Positions 36,290 to 45,518 of a stretch of 46,820 nt of DNA are shown here, one piece after another. How positions within the stretch are numbered: the stretch's first letter is position 1; each line of letters begins with the position of its first letter. The DNA is from Rhodospirillaceae bacterium (lineage in GTDB: Bacteria; Pseudomonadota; Alphaproteobacteria; UBA7985), in NCBI GenBank assembly GCA_002700865.1, contig PAFB01000123.1, positions 1 through 46,820 on the forward strand, read 5' to 3'. The position numbers and the translations under genes are program-made. The notes below the pieces were generated by a model, which made no database searches, was not told where the DNA came from, and saw only the letters and a list, made by a program, of their open reading frames with translations.

Positions 36290-37443
36290 GTAGCAGCGCA
36301 AACACCATCGTTCTGACCAACGCGAAGCTGGTGCTGGAAGACGAGATCGTTGATGGAACCATTGTCTTCGATGCGTCTGGTTCTATCGCGCAGATCGACA
36401 CCGGGTCGAGCGCCCTGCCTTCCGCGGTGGACTGCGAAGGCGATTTCGTGATGCCAGGGTTGGTTGAGCTTCATACAGACAATGTGGAACGCCATTTTGT
36501 CCCACGCCCCCGCGCCTACTGGCCCAATGCCATTGCAGCGGTAATGGCGCACGACAGCGAGATTGCCGGCGCAGGCATTACTACCGTGTATGACGCGCTG
36601 AGCGTTGGCGACTATGATGGCGAAAACAGCCCACGCCGGGAGCTGTTTGCCGAGATGGTTGAAGCCACCCGACGGGCAAGCGCGCTTGGCATTTTTCGCG
36701 TGGAACATCGCCTCCACCTGCGCTGTGAACTGAGTGACCCGCGATTGATGGAGACGCTGGAACCTGTTGCGATGGCCCACAAGGCGGATATCGTCAGCCT
36801 CATGGACCACACCCCCGGCCAGCGCCAGTGGCGGGATGTGGACGCACTGCGCACCTACATGAGCCGAACAGGTCTTTCGCCCCAGGAAGTCGAGCGCACC
36901 ATTGGGCTGAGGATCGAGAAGGGCAACACCAGCACGCCTGAAAATTGGCGCGCTGTTCTGGACCTGTTTGCCGAGCAGAAAGTGACTCTGGCGACCCACG
37001 ACGACACCACGGTCGACGATATAGATCATAGCGCAGATGCCGGCATTGCGATCAGTGAGTTTCCCTGCTCGCTGGCCGCTGCGCAGCGGGCCCATGAACG
37101 CGGCATGACCACCATTGGCGGCGCGCCGAATGTGGTGCGTGGCGGCAGTCATTCAGGCAATGTTGCCATGGAGGAGCTGGCGCGCAACGGTGTCCTCGAT
37201 GCCCTGAGTTCAGACTACGTCCCCAGTGCCCTGCTGCAGGCCCCCTTTCTGATGGCAGAGCGCCTGAACATGCCCTTGCATGACACACTCAAGACGGTGA
37301 CACAAAACCCAGCTCGCATGGTCGGACTGTTTGATCGCGGGGTTCTGGAGCCGGGTAAGCGGGCGGATGTCCTGCGCGTGCGGGTGGTTGAAAGCACGCC
37401 CTTTGTCCGGGCAACTTTTGTTCAGGGTCAGCGGGTGTCCTGA
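36286..37443 (+). CDS. phnM: Alpha-D-ribose 1-methylphosphonate 5-triphosphate diphosphatase PhnM (amidohydrolase fold)
   Basis: PGLVELHTDN metal motif, [24 protein letters not shown] and LSSDYVP. Confidence 0.88.
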   Translation: MSSSANTIVLTNAKLVLEDEIVDGTIVFDASGSIAQIDTGSSALPSAVDCEGDFVMPGLVELHTDNVERHFVPRPRAYWPNAIAAVMAHDSEIAGAGITTVYDALSVGDYDGENSPRRELFAEMVEATRRASALGIFRVEHRLHLRCELSDPRLMETLEPVAMAHKADIVSLMDHTPGQRQWRDVDALRTYMSRTGLSPQEVERTIGLRIEKGNTSTPENWRAVLDLFAEQKVTLATHDDTTVDDIDHSADAGIAISEFPCSLAAAQRAHERGMTTIGGAPNVVRGGSHSGNVAMEELARNGVLDALSSDYVPSALLQAPFLMAERLNMPLHDTLKTVTQNPARMVGLFDRGVLEPGKRADVLRVRVVESTPFVRATFVQGQRVS

Positions 37444-38123
37444 TGTCAAAACCACGATACGCCCTGTATTTTTCACCAGCAGACGAAAGCGCTTTGGCCG
37501 CTTTTGGCGAGCAGGCATTGAAGCGGCGACCAGATGGGCGCGACAGTGATCTTGGCCCGGTGTTCGGTGCGCCGGATGGTTCGGATCATCGTCAACGTGC
37601 TGCTTTCCCGCGCCACTACGGCTTTCATGCAACGCTAAAAGCCCCCTTTGAGTTGGCTAAAGGAGCCGACGAGACCCACCTGAAAGCGGCGTTGGAGCGA
37701 TTTTGTGAGCAGCACAGGCCGGTCGATCTGCCGGGTTTGGGGGTGCAGCAGGTGCAGGAGAGGTTTCTGGCTCTGACGTGCCGCCGGCACGATGCCTTGC
37801 AGGATCTGGCCTTCGCCGTCGTCAGTGACTTCGAGAGCTACCGCGCCCCGCTCAGCGCCAGTGACCGCGCGCGACGAAAGCCTGAGCAGCTGTCAACGGT
37901 TGAACGGATGAACCTTGATCGCTTCGGTTATCCCTTCGTCGGGGAAGCCTTTGCTTTTCACATGACCCTGTCCGGGTCGGCTGAGCCATCTTTTCTGGCC
38001 TTTCTCGAAGACCTGTTCGCCCAGACGGTCAATCGCCCCGAGCGGCTGGATCATCTGGGGCTGTTCTATCAGCCAGACCGTGACTCAGTCTTTGTCCGGA
38101 TTGCGCATCACCGCCTTGGCTAG
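37443..38123 (+). CDS. DUF1045 / 2H-phosphoesterase-like putative phosphonate metabolism protein
   Basis: Two H-x-T-x motifs (FHATLKAPF and FHMTLSG), as in the 2H phosphoesterase superfamily. Translationally coupled to phnM (TGATG). Confidence 0.7.
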   Translation: MSKPRYALYFSPADESALAAFGEQALKRRPDGRDSDLGPVFGAPDGSDHRQRAAFPRHYGFHATLKAPFELAKGADETHLKAALERFCEQHRPVDLPGLGVQQVQERFLALTCRRHDALQDLAFAVVSDFESYRAPLSASDRARRKPEQLSTVERMNLDRFGYPFVGEAFAFHMTLSGSAEPSFLAFLEDLFAQTVNRPERLDHLGLFYQPDRDSVFVRIAHHRLG

Positions 38124-38624
38124 CTGATCCACCGCATCGCTCAGCTTGCCGCTGTTGTCGATTGTCAGCACGCGGGCGCGTCTGGTTTTGATGGCGACAG
38201 AGCGGCCCAGCCGGTTGCTGATCTCTTCCCGCGTCTCCCGGCCCCGTGCCAGAAGGCGTTCGGTCAGCACCTCTGCCGGCGCTGTCAGATGGATCACCGT
38301 TATGGAATCGAAGCGGTCCTCAAAAGCCGGGATGGCCTTGCGCGAAGCGTTGAGGATTACGTCTTCGCCTCGGTCGAGCGGCGCAAAGCTCTGGTGGCGC
38401 AGACCGTAGTGCAGGCCATGCGCTGGCCAACTCAAGACGAAATCTGCAGGATCAAAGTCATGGGGTGCAACGGGCTCGAAATCCTCGCTGTCATCCGTCC
38501 GGGGTCGGGTGATAACCCGTTGGACAAAATGCAGCCCTTCAGGAGCGCGCGCGCGTAGGGCGTTGATCACGGTGTCCTTGCCCACACCACTGGGTCCAAC
38601 AAGCAGGAAAAGACGCCCCGGCAT
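38085..38624 (-). CDS. phnN: Ribose 1,5-bisphosphate phosphokinase PhnN
   Basis: Guanylate-kinase-like P-loop LLVGPSGVGKDT. I prefer the ATG at 38624 (MPGRLFLL..), which forms TGATG with the upstream stop. The alternative ATG is at 38642. Confidence 0.85.
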   Translation of the reverse strand: MPGRLFLLVGPSGVGKDTVINALRARAPEGLHFVQRVITRPRTDDSEDFEPVAPHDFDPADFVLSWPAHGLHYGLRHQSFAPLDRGEDVILNASRKAIPAFEDRFDSITVIHLTAPAEVLTERLLARGRETREEISNRLGRSVAIKTRRARVLTIDNSGKLSDAVDQLAKAVMRNPDKD

Positions 38625-39253
38625 CAGCGCTCCCCGCTCCATTTCTCGATAAAGGCCTCAGGGCTGAGCGCTTGGAAATCGGGCAGGGCCTCAGCAAGTT
38701 TCGCGTGCGACCAGTCCCACCAAGCCAGCGCCTGCATGGCCTCGCTCGTCGCCGCGTGCTCATAGCGCGGACGGATCACCTGTGCGGGATTGCCGGCAAC
38801 AATGGTGTAAGGCGCGACATCTTTGGTCACCACGGCACCCGCGCCGACCACCGCGCCAATCCCAACGGAGCGGCCCGGCAAAACAAGCGCGCCGTGGCCC
38901 AACCAGACGTCGTGCCCGATGGAGCAGCTGTTCGCTCGCCGCCACGCAAAGAAAGCCTCGTCATCCTCGCCCATACCGTACTTGCTTGCGCGGTATTGGA
39001 AGTGGTGTTGGCTCGTGCGCCACGTGGGGTGATTACTGGCGTTAATGCGAACGTTGTTTGCGATGGAAACGAACTTACCAACCTCTGTCATCATCAGATC
39101 AGCAAAATGCTGGACATAGGAGTAATCGCCGAAATCCACGTCAACCAGTGCAGTCAGCTGGCCGACCTCCGTATACCGACCCAAGCGCGAACGTTCGACG
39201 GTGGCGGTGGGGTGAATCGACGGGTCTTCGCCCAAAGCTGAGCTGGCTGTCAT
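38624..39253 (-). CDS. Hexapeptide-repeat (LbH) acetyltransferase of phosphonate clusters
   Basis: Left-handed beta-helix repeats (..[31 protein letters not shown]..). I place the start at ATG 39253, which overlaps the phnM2 stop (ATGA). Confidence 0.75.
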   Translation of the reverse strand: MTASSALGEDPSIHPTATVERSRLGRYTEVGQLTALVDVDFGDYSYVQHFADLMMTEVGKFVSIANNVRINASNHPTWRTSQHHFQYRASKYGMGEDDEAFFAWRRANSCSIGHDVWLGHGALVLPGRSVGIGAVVGAGAVVTKDVAPYTIVAGNPAQVIRPRYEHAATSEAMQALAWWDWSHAKLAEALPDFQALSPEAFIEKWSGER

Positions 39254-40401
39254 GGTTGTGGCGCTCCAAACACAAGTTGGCCTGCGACCCAAACGCCTTT
39301 GACCTGCGCAATGCCACCTTGAAGGGACAGGCGCACGAAGTCAGCGCGTTTTCCGGGCAAAAGTTTACCCCTGTCATCAAGCCCGGCGATGCCGGCGGGT
39401 CCGTCCGTCACGAGACTGACGGCCCGCGCGGCTTCCATCCCTTCGTCAATCAACCGGGCAACAGCGTGAAGCTGGGAGCTGGGCACGTAATCGCTCAGCA
39501 GCGCCGCTACCAAGCCGTCGTGGATCAGCGCGCGGGCGTCTGCATTTCCGCCGGAGCTTTGTCCTCGAACAACATTGGGCGCGCCCATAGTGGCGGGCAG
39601 TCCGCTGGACACGGCCGCTTCTGCGGCGACACGGGTAACGGGGAACTCGGCATAATGCGCGCCGATGGTTTTGGCGAAGGCGATATGCTCGGCGGTTTCA
39701 TCGTCATGGGTGGCGAGTGAGATGTTCAGTCGCCGCGCATGCTCTGCGACCAGCACGCTGCGCGCCGCGCCGTTTTCTTCGCTTTCACGAACAAAATCAG
39801 CCGCAAAGATCCGCGCCTGATCCACAGTTTCACCGCGTCGAGCAACCATCCACTGCACCATGTCCTCGATATCGCGCACCTGTCGTTTGCCGGGCGCGTG
39901 ATCCATGATGCTCATTGCGTCGGGGTGCACGCGCTCCAGCAGCGCTTCGAGGGTTGTCGGCATCAGGGGATCGGTGACTTCGCAGCGAAAATGCAGCCGG
40001 TGGTCTGCGCGCAGCACCCTGTCCGCACGGGCACTCTGCACAGCCTGCACAAAGGGTTCGATCAGAGCGAGGCGCTCCGGTTTGCGCGACGAAGTGCCAA
40101 TGGCCACGGCATTGAAGGTCGTCGTCACACCCGCGCCGATGACATCGCTATCGTGGGCAAGCATGGCCGCTCGCCCCGGCCAATCCACGCCGGGACGCGG
40201 CATCAGCCGGCCTTCCAGCGCGTCGGTATGAAGATCAATTAATCCGGGGACGACCAGATCGCCGCCGCAATCGAGCGCTTCCCCCTTTGGAGCCTCTGTG
40301 TCCGCTGGTGCATCCACAATTGCGCCGTCTTGCCAATGCAACTCGTCAAGCCAAAGTCCAGCCTGAGGATCGGCGATTATGCGTGCATTCCGAATAGTCA
40401 T
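39250..40401 (-). CDS. Second PhnM-like amidohydrolase (paralogue)
   Basis: [34 protein letters not shown] and LSDYVP parallel the phnM at 36286. I place the start at ATG 40401 (MTIRNARI..). Confidence 0.85.
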   Translation of the reverse strand: MTIRNARIIADPQAGLWLDELHWQDGAIVDAPADTEAPKGEALDCGGDLVVPGLIDLHTDALEGRLMPRPGVDWPGRAAMLAHDSDVIGAGVTTTFNAVAIGTSSRKPERLALIEPFVQAVQSARADRVLRADHRLHFRCEVTDPLMPTTLEALLERVHPDAMSIMDHAPGKRQVRDIEDMVQWMVARRGETVDQARIFAADFVRESEENGAARSVLVAEHARRLNISLATHDDETAEHIAFAKTIGAHYAEFPVTRVAAEAAVSSGLPATMGAPNVVRGQSSGGNADARALIHDGLVAALLSDYVPSSQLHAVARLIDEGMEAARAVSLVTDGPAGIAGLDDRGKLLPGKRADFVRLSLQGGIAQVKGVWVAGQLVFGAPQP

Positions 40402-40423
40402 CGCGCCCTGTTGCACCGCTAAA

Positions 40424-40441
40424 GTGACAGTCGAATGACAA
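40424..40441 (-). promoter_or_regulatory. Candidate Pho box (minus strand TTGTCAT-TCGA-CTGTCAC) in the phnM2 / phnC divergent region
   Basis: Near-consensus PhoB direct repeats, read directly. Oriented toward phnM2, ending only 23 nt from its ATG. Confidence 0.5.
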
Positions 40442-40525
40442 ATGAAAAGCCTGCAACATGACATGATGCAAGCGTAAATGCCTGTCCCGTGTAATCGTCC
40501 ACATAGCATAATACACGCGTAATAA

Positions 40526-41428
40526 ATGAGTCACAAAACATCCCTACCCCAGTCTCGAACAGTAATAAAAAGACGGGTTAGTGCGGTGCTTCAGCTTAAG
40601 TCAGTAACCAAACGTTTCGGTGAAACGACTGCCGTGGATCAAGTTAGTCTGGAAATTCCCACGGGGCAGATGGTGGGAATTATTGGTCGGTCTGGCGCCG
40701 GGAAATCAACGTTGCTTCGGCTGATTAACCTGTTGAGTAATGCTTCGGGCGGCGAGTTGGTTTTTGAGGGTTGCGATGTTCTCAAACTGCGCGGTCGAGA
40801 ACGCCGTCAGTGGATGCGCGAATGTGCGATGATCTTTCAGCAGTTCAATCTTGTCCCGCGCCTGAGCGTCTTAAATAACGTCCTGCTTGGCCGCCTGAAC
40901 TACCACAATGCCTTCACGTCGTTGTTGGGGCTGTGGTCTGAAGAGGAAAAAATCGCTGCCATCCAGAATCTGGAGCGGCTGGACATGGTGCAAACCGTCC
41001 TAAAGCGCGCCGATGAGCTTTCTGGCGGGCAGCAGCAACGGGTCGCCATTGCACGTGCGTTGATGCAGAACCCGAAGATCATGCTGGCCGATGAGCCAAT
41101 TGCCTCTCTCGATCCCCACAACGCGAAAATCGTCATGCAGACCTTGCGTGACATCAACCAGCGCGACGGCCTGACCGTGATCTGCAACCTGCACACGCTC
41201 GATACGGCGCGCGCCTTCTGTGACCGAATCATCGGAATGGCTCAGGGCCGCGTGGTCTTTGACGGTTCCGCGGACGAGCTGACCATGGAGGCCGCGCAGG
41301 AAATCTATGGCGTCGACGGCATCAAAGAGGCGCTGGACGAATCAATTACCTCAACTGATTTGGGAACCAAATTCCCCCAATCCACGGCAAGCAGGCCTGC
41401 GCCAGTCGCAGCCTCAGCGGTCGGATAG
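40526..41428 (+). CDS. phnC: Phosphonate ABC transporter ATP-binding protein PhnC
   Basis: Walker [18 protein letters not shown] and MLADEP. First of the phnCDEE run. The start could instead be GTG 40586 (VLQLKSV..). Confidence 0.88.
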   Translation: MSHKTSLPQSRTVIKRRVSAVLQLKSVTKRFGETTAVDQVSLEIPTGQMVGIIGRSGAGKSTLLRLINLLSNASGGELVFEGCDVLKLRGRERRQWMRECAMIFQQFNLVPRLSVLNNVLLGRLNYHNAFTSLLGLWSEEEKIAAIQNLERLDMVQTVLKRADELSGGQQQRVAIARALMQNPKIMLADEPIASLDPHNAKIVMQTLRDINQRDGLTVICNLHTLDTARAFCDRIIGMAQGRVVFDGSADELTMEAAQEIYGVDGIKEALDESITSTDLGTKFPQSTASRPAPVAASAVG

Positions 41429-41553
41429 AGCCGAGCTTGCACGGATCAGGGAAACGAAAACCCGCAGCTTGTTCGCCCAAGCTGCGGGCTCCGACCGGAT
41501 GACACAAGTGACGCCCGGTCTGCACCTTCAAACCGATTCAAGGGAATGGATCA

Positions 41554-42480
41554 ATGAAAGCACTTATGAAAATTAGCACCGTTGCGGTCGCTTTGGTAGC
41601 AGCATCAGCGGCTTCTGCTGAGTCCTACTACATCAACGCCGCTGACTACGGTGTCACTGAATTTAACTTCACGGCACTGGGTGGTGAAAACGTTGAAGAC
41701 CAGAACCGTCGGCAGGAATGTCTGGGCGTGCGTCTGGAAAAGGTTCTGAACATTCCGGTGAACATGCGCACCGCTGCGGACTACGCTGGTGTTCTGGAAG
41801 GCTTCCTGGGCGGTACCGTTGACATGTCCGAACTGGGCGCTTCCGGTTACGCACGGGTTTACCTGACGGATGCCAATGCCGTTGAGCCTCTGGCTGTTAC
41901 CAAGCAGATGGACGGTTCCACCGGCTATTACTCTGAAATCCTTGTTCGGGTGGACTCCGGTATCGACAGCTTTGCTGACCTCGAAGGCCGTTCGTTCTAC
42001 TTCGGCGATCCTGACTCCACCTCTGGTACGCTGGTCCCGACCGTTTCCTTCCGCATGATGGGCATTGATCCTGAAGAGTACTTCTCTGAAGTCGGCTTCT
42101 CCGGTGGTCACGAGCAATCCATCGTTGGTGTTTACAACGGTGATTTTGACGCTTCCGGCACTTGGATTTCCGGTCAGGGCAACTTTGAAGATGGCTACAC
42201 CCGTGGTGGTTTGCGCCGGACGCTGGACAACGGTCTGATCGACATCTCCGAAATGAAGCCAATCTGGCGTTCGGACGAAATTCCAGAAGGCCCACTGACC
42301 GTGCGCCAGGCACTGCCAACCGAAGTTAAGGAAGCGGTTCGTACCTCCTTCCTCAACTTTGCTGACGAAGATCCAGAGTGCATGGCAATCTACGGCAACG
42401 AGATCAGCGGCTACGCACGTGCTGACCACAGCAACTACGAGTTCATCGTGGAAATGCGCCGTGGTGCCTTCGGCGGCTAA
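41554..42480 (+). CDS. phnD: Phosphonate ABC transporter substrate-binding protein PhnD
   Basis: Signal peptide MKALMKISTVAVALVAASAASA. PhnD-like ..DPDSTSG.LVP.. motif. Lies between phnC and phnE. Confidence 0.85.
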   Translation: MKALMKISTVAVALVAASAASAESYYINAADYGVTEFNFTALGGENVEDQNRRQECLGVRLEKVLNIPVNMRTAADYAGVLEGFLGGTVDMSELGASGYARVYLTDANAVEPLAVTKQMDGSTGYYSEILVRVDSGIDSFADLEGRSFYFGDPDSTSGTLVPTVSFRMMGIDPEEYFSEVGFSGGHEQSIVGVYNGDFDASGTWISGQGNFEDGYTRGGLRRTLDNGLIDISEMKPIWRSDEIPEGPLTVRQALPTEVKEAVRTSFLNFADEDPECMAIYGNEISGYARADHSNYEFIVEMRRGAFGG

Positions 42481-42492
42481 TTGCTGACGTCA

Positions 42493-42537
42493 GGGGCGCG
42501 GCAGATTGTTTCCTTGGCGGAGACCCTGCCGCGCCTC
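42493..42537 (+). terminator. Intra-operon stem-loop after phnD (GGCGCGGCAG ... CTGCCGCGCC)
   Basis: 10-bp GC-rich stem with a 21-nt loop, read directly. No clean U-tract, so more likely a partial attenuator or mRNA stabiliser than a full terminator. Confidence 0.35.
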
Positions 42538-42616
42538 TGCGCTCTTTGAGTATGCCAGTTACCTCACCCCAATGGGGGCGATCACTGGCCTGTTCTATGC
42601 CCTGTGCTGATCGAGA

Positions 42617-44017
42617 ATGACCCTTATGACAACCGTACAAGACTCCACCCTAAGCAGCGTCCGAGCCGCGCTAAAGGCGCAGGAACGATTGCAGTTTATT
42701 TATACGCTGTTGTCGGCGGGTCTGATCCTTGTGTTTCTGGTGACAGGCTTCCAGTTCGCCAGCGATCGGTCAGCGGGTGGGTTGGGCAAAATGTTTGTCG
42801 ATACCTGGCCGCACGATATCGTCTTTGTGCAGCGTTCGACGGGCGACGAAATCGAGTACGCGTCCTACATAACGCCGGAATTTGAAGACCAGTACGGCGA
42901 CCGTAACGACTACCCTCAGCGTCTCAAGAACCTGGTCGCTGCTGAAACTGGCCTTGGTGGCGCCGAGGTCGTGTTGGTGCGGGACTGGTACTTTTACCTG
43001 AACCCAATCAACATGGTCGTTTACGTCAGGAACATTGGAAGCCAGCTGTTTGGCTATCTGATTCGGATGGTTGAAGACGCCATCAATGACCCCGGCCGCA
43101 TCTTCTTTTTCCCCGCCTACAAAGCCGGCGACGCAGATGCCGACAGGACAATTTTCGAGGGGACAGGCGTGCAGTACTGTCCTTGGGGTCAAAGTTACGC
43201 GGATCAACGACTGGAAGAAGCACGCGCCAAAGGTGAGATTCAAGGCGCGACGGGCGGGTCTGAAGCGTCCGCCAATTCGATTTTCTATGCCGGAGACAAT
43301 GGCCTGGGCCAGCAGCGTCTGGCGAGCCGGGCGGCGGAAGCGGCCTTGCCCTGTGCCAGCGCTTGGCAAATGCTGCAAAACCAGCCCAAGGCCGCATGGG
43401 TCGTTTACGTCTGGCACGCGGTCCAGACCATGAACTACGCCCTGTTTGCAACCTTGGTGGGCGCGGTTCTGGGGCTGATGCTGGCGCTGATTGCGAGCCG
43501 GAATATCACGGGGAACCGGGGACTGAACTTTACCGCGCGCCGGGTGCTGGATGTCTGTCGCGCCTTTCCTGAGCTGATCATCGTGTTTGTTCTGGCCATT
43601 GCTTTTGCCAACGGCTCTCTGGTGCCAATCATTGCGGCCGTCGCTTTCCACACCACTGGCGCGTTGGGGAAGTTGTTTTCTGAAGCCATCGAGAACGCTG
43701 ACATGAAGCCGCTGGAAGGACTCGCGGCCAGTGGCGGCAACTTCACGCAACGCATTTTCTTTGGACTGATGCCGCAAGTTCTGCCCAACCTGCTCAGCTA
43801 TTCCGCACTCCGGGTCGAGATCAATATTCGTGCTTCAGCGATCCTTGGTTTTGTCGGGGGAACCGGATTTGGGCAGGATCTGAAAGTTGCGGAGAGCCGT
43901 GATAATGGCATTGCGCTGATTTTCTTGCTGCTCTTGCTGGTGCTGATGATCGTTTTGATCGACCAGATCAGCCTTCGCCTGCGTAAGCGCCTCATCGGCG
44001 CTCAGATGGGGAACTAA
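42617..44017 (+). CDS. phnE: Phosphonate ABC transporter permease PhnE (long form with ~200-aa extracytoplasmic insert after TM1)
   Basis: The C-terminal ~230 aa has the PhnE/BPD-transporter pattern (..AFPEL..., GALGKLFSEAIEN.D..P.EG..A.G.., QVLPN). The N-terminal TM is followed by a long soluble segment. Confidence 0.8.
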   Translation: MTLMTTVQDSTLSSVRAALKAQERLQFIYTLLSAGLILVFLVTGFQFASDRSAGGLGKMFVDTWPHDIVFVQRSTGDEIEYASYITPEFEDQYGDRNDYPQRLKNLVAAETGLGGAEVVLVRDWYFYLNPINMVVYVRNIGSQLFGYLIRMVEDAINDPGRIFFFPAYKAGDADADRTIFEGTGVQYCPWGQSYADQRLEEARAKGEIQGATGGSEASANSIFYAGDNGLGQQRLASRAAEAALPCASAWQMLQNQPKAAWVVYVWHAVQTMNYALFATLVGAVLGLMLALIASRNITGNRGLNFTARRVLDVCRAFPELIIVFVLAIAFANGSLVPIIAAVAFHTTGALGKLFSEAIENADMKPLEGLAASGGNFTQRIFFGLMPQVLPNLLSYSALRVEINIRASAILGFVGGTGFGQDLKVAESRDNGIALIFLLLLLVLMIVLIDQISLRLRKRLIGAQMGN

Positions 44018-44020
44018 CCA

Positions 44021-45448
44021 ATGATGACTGCGACCGATCAAATGACCGTTGCCCGCCTGCGTCAGGACCACCCCGCGATTTTTCAGGCACCGTGGTACCG
44101 TCGCTACGCCAGCTTTGTCTTGCTTGGCGGCTTGGCGATCTACCTGATCATCAGCTTTTTCGCCATGGGACTACACAACGCGTCGCGCGACTTTCGGCAG
44201 GACAACTTCCGCAGCGCGACGTTGGATTTTTATTCCTACATCGAAGAGCTGAACATCAACTATCGCCGACCTGAGTCGACCAAGTTTCATCGGCAGTGGT
44301 CCGCCCGTGACCCGGATAGCGGGATAATCACAGCCGCCATTCACAACAAGTATGACGTGGTCATCATGCCAGATGGAGAGCTGACTTTTTCTCTTGGTGA
44401 TGAGGTCCTTGCGCGTTTTGGCCTCGATCAGAACGGCACTTTTGCCGCGTTGGTAACGCCCTTCACCCAAGGCCCTGACAGCCAGGTGGTCGGCCATCCT
44501 TTCACCTACAAACCCAAGTTCAAAGGCAATGGCACCGACCTGCTCAACGCCCAGATCCGTTTTACCAACGGCAGTCAGCTCAAGATCACCAAAGGTGGCG
44601 TGCGGATCAAAAATCGCAGGCTGGGGTGGGAGTACTTTTGGTTCGGTGAGGGTCATGAACTCACCGAAATGACGGGGCCAGAATTCTGGGTCTTCATGGG
44701 CAGCAGTGAAACCCGTGAGATCAGCAAATACGTTCGCAACGCCAATGGTCTACGCGACACACTCAGGCTTGATGTATCGCCATGGCGATACGCCTGGCAC
44801 AGTTTTCTGAACAATGACGACTGGAAGCATAAGGAAGTCTATGACAAGGCCCTGCAGTCTCTGGCGATGGCCTATTGTGGACTGATCATTGCGGCCTTCT
44901 TTGCTGCGATCCTCGCTTTCCCCGCCGCACAGAATGTGTCCAACGTCTTCATCAGCTTCCTGCTAAAGCGCTTCATGGATCTGATCCGTGCGATTGATCA
45001 TCTGTTCTGGGCGCTGATCTTTATTCGCGGTGGGTTTGGGCAGGGTATGCTGTCCGGTATCAGTGCCTTTGCTGTTGTGGAAACAGGAACGCTCGGGAAG
45101 CTCATGGCCGAAGCCATTGAGAACATCGACAGCAAGCAACCCGAAGGCGTGCAATCAACCGGCGCCTCTGAAATGATGGTCCGGCGCTACGGCATTATTC
45201 CGCAAATCCTGCCCGTGTTTGTCAGTCAAACGCTCTATTTCTTCGAAAGTAACGTCCGGAGCGCCACTGTGATCGGTGCCGTGTGTGGGGCCGGTCTGGG
45301 CTTGCAGATTCTCAATAATGCAACCAACGGGACGGACTGGGAAGATATCGCCTATGCCGCCCTGATTATCATTGCCATGGTCATGGTGATCGACAGTTTC
45401 ACAAACTGGCTGCGGGGTCGGCTGATTGGCATTGGTCGGTCGCGTTAG
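44021..45448 (+). CDS. phnE: Phosphonate ABC transporter permease PhnE (second paralogue, same long architecture)
   Basis: GTLGKLMAEAIENIDSKQPEG...GAS and QILPV parallel the first PhnE. Again an N-terminal TM plus a ~240-aa soluble insert. Confidence 0.8.
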   Translation: MMTATDQMTVARLRQDHPAIFQAPWYRRYASFVLLGGLAIYLIISFFAMGLHNASRDFRQDNFRSATLDFYSYIEELNINYRRPESTKFHRQWSARDPDSGIITAAIHNKYDVVIMPDGELTFSLGDEVLARFGLDQNGTFAALVTPFTQGPDSQVVGHPFTYKPKFKGNGTDLLNAQIRFTNGSQLKITKGGVRIKNRRLGWEYFWFGEGHELTEMTGPEFWVFMGSSETREISKYVRNANGLRDTLRLDVSPWRYAWHSFLNNDDWKHKEVYDKALQSLAMAYCGLIIAAFFAAILAFPAAQNVSNVFISFLLKRFMDLIRAIDHLFWALIFIRGGFGQGMLSGISAFAVVETGTLGKLMAEAIENIDSKQPEGVQSTGASEMMVRRYGIIPQILPVFVSQTLYFFESNVRSATVIGAVCGAGLGLQILNNATNGTDWEDIAYAALIIIAMVMVIDSFTNWLRGRLIGIGRSR

Positions 45449-45518
45449 TAGGCCGCTTTGCCGCACGGCTCCAGCGATTAAGCCATATAATCGCCGGGTG
45501 CCGTGGGGCTGCTGAATA

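Noticed and set aside
36103-37152. 349-aa minus-strand ORF
   Set aside because: Antisense shadow of phnL/phnM. No motifs, and it breaks the tightly coupled phnGHIJKLM series.
41605-42429. 274-aa minus-strand ORF
   Set aside because: Antisense to phnD, which has a signal peptide and SBP motifs. Shadow ORF.
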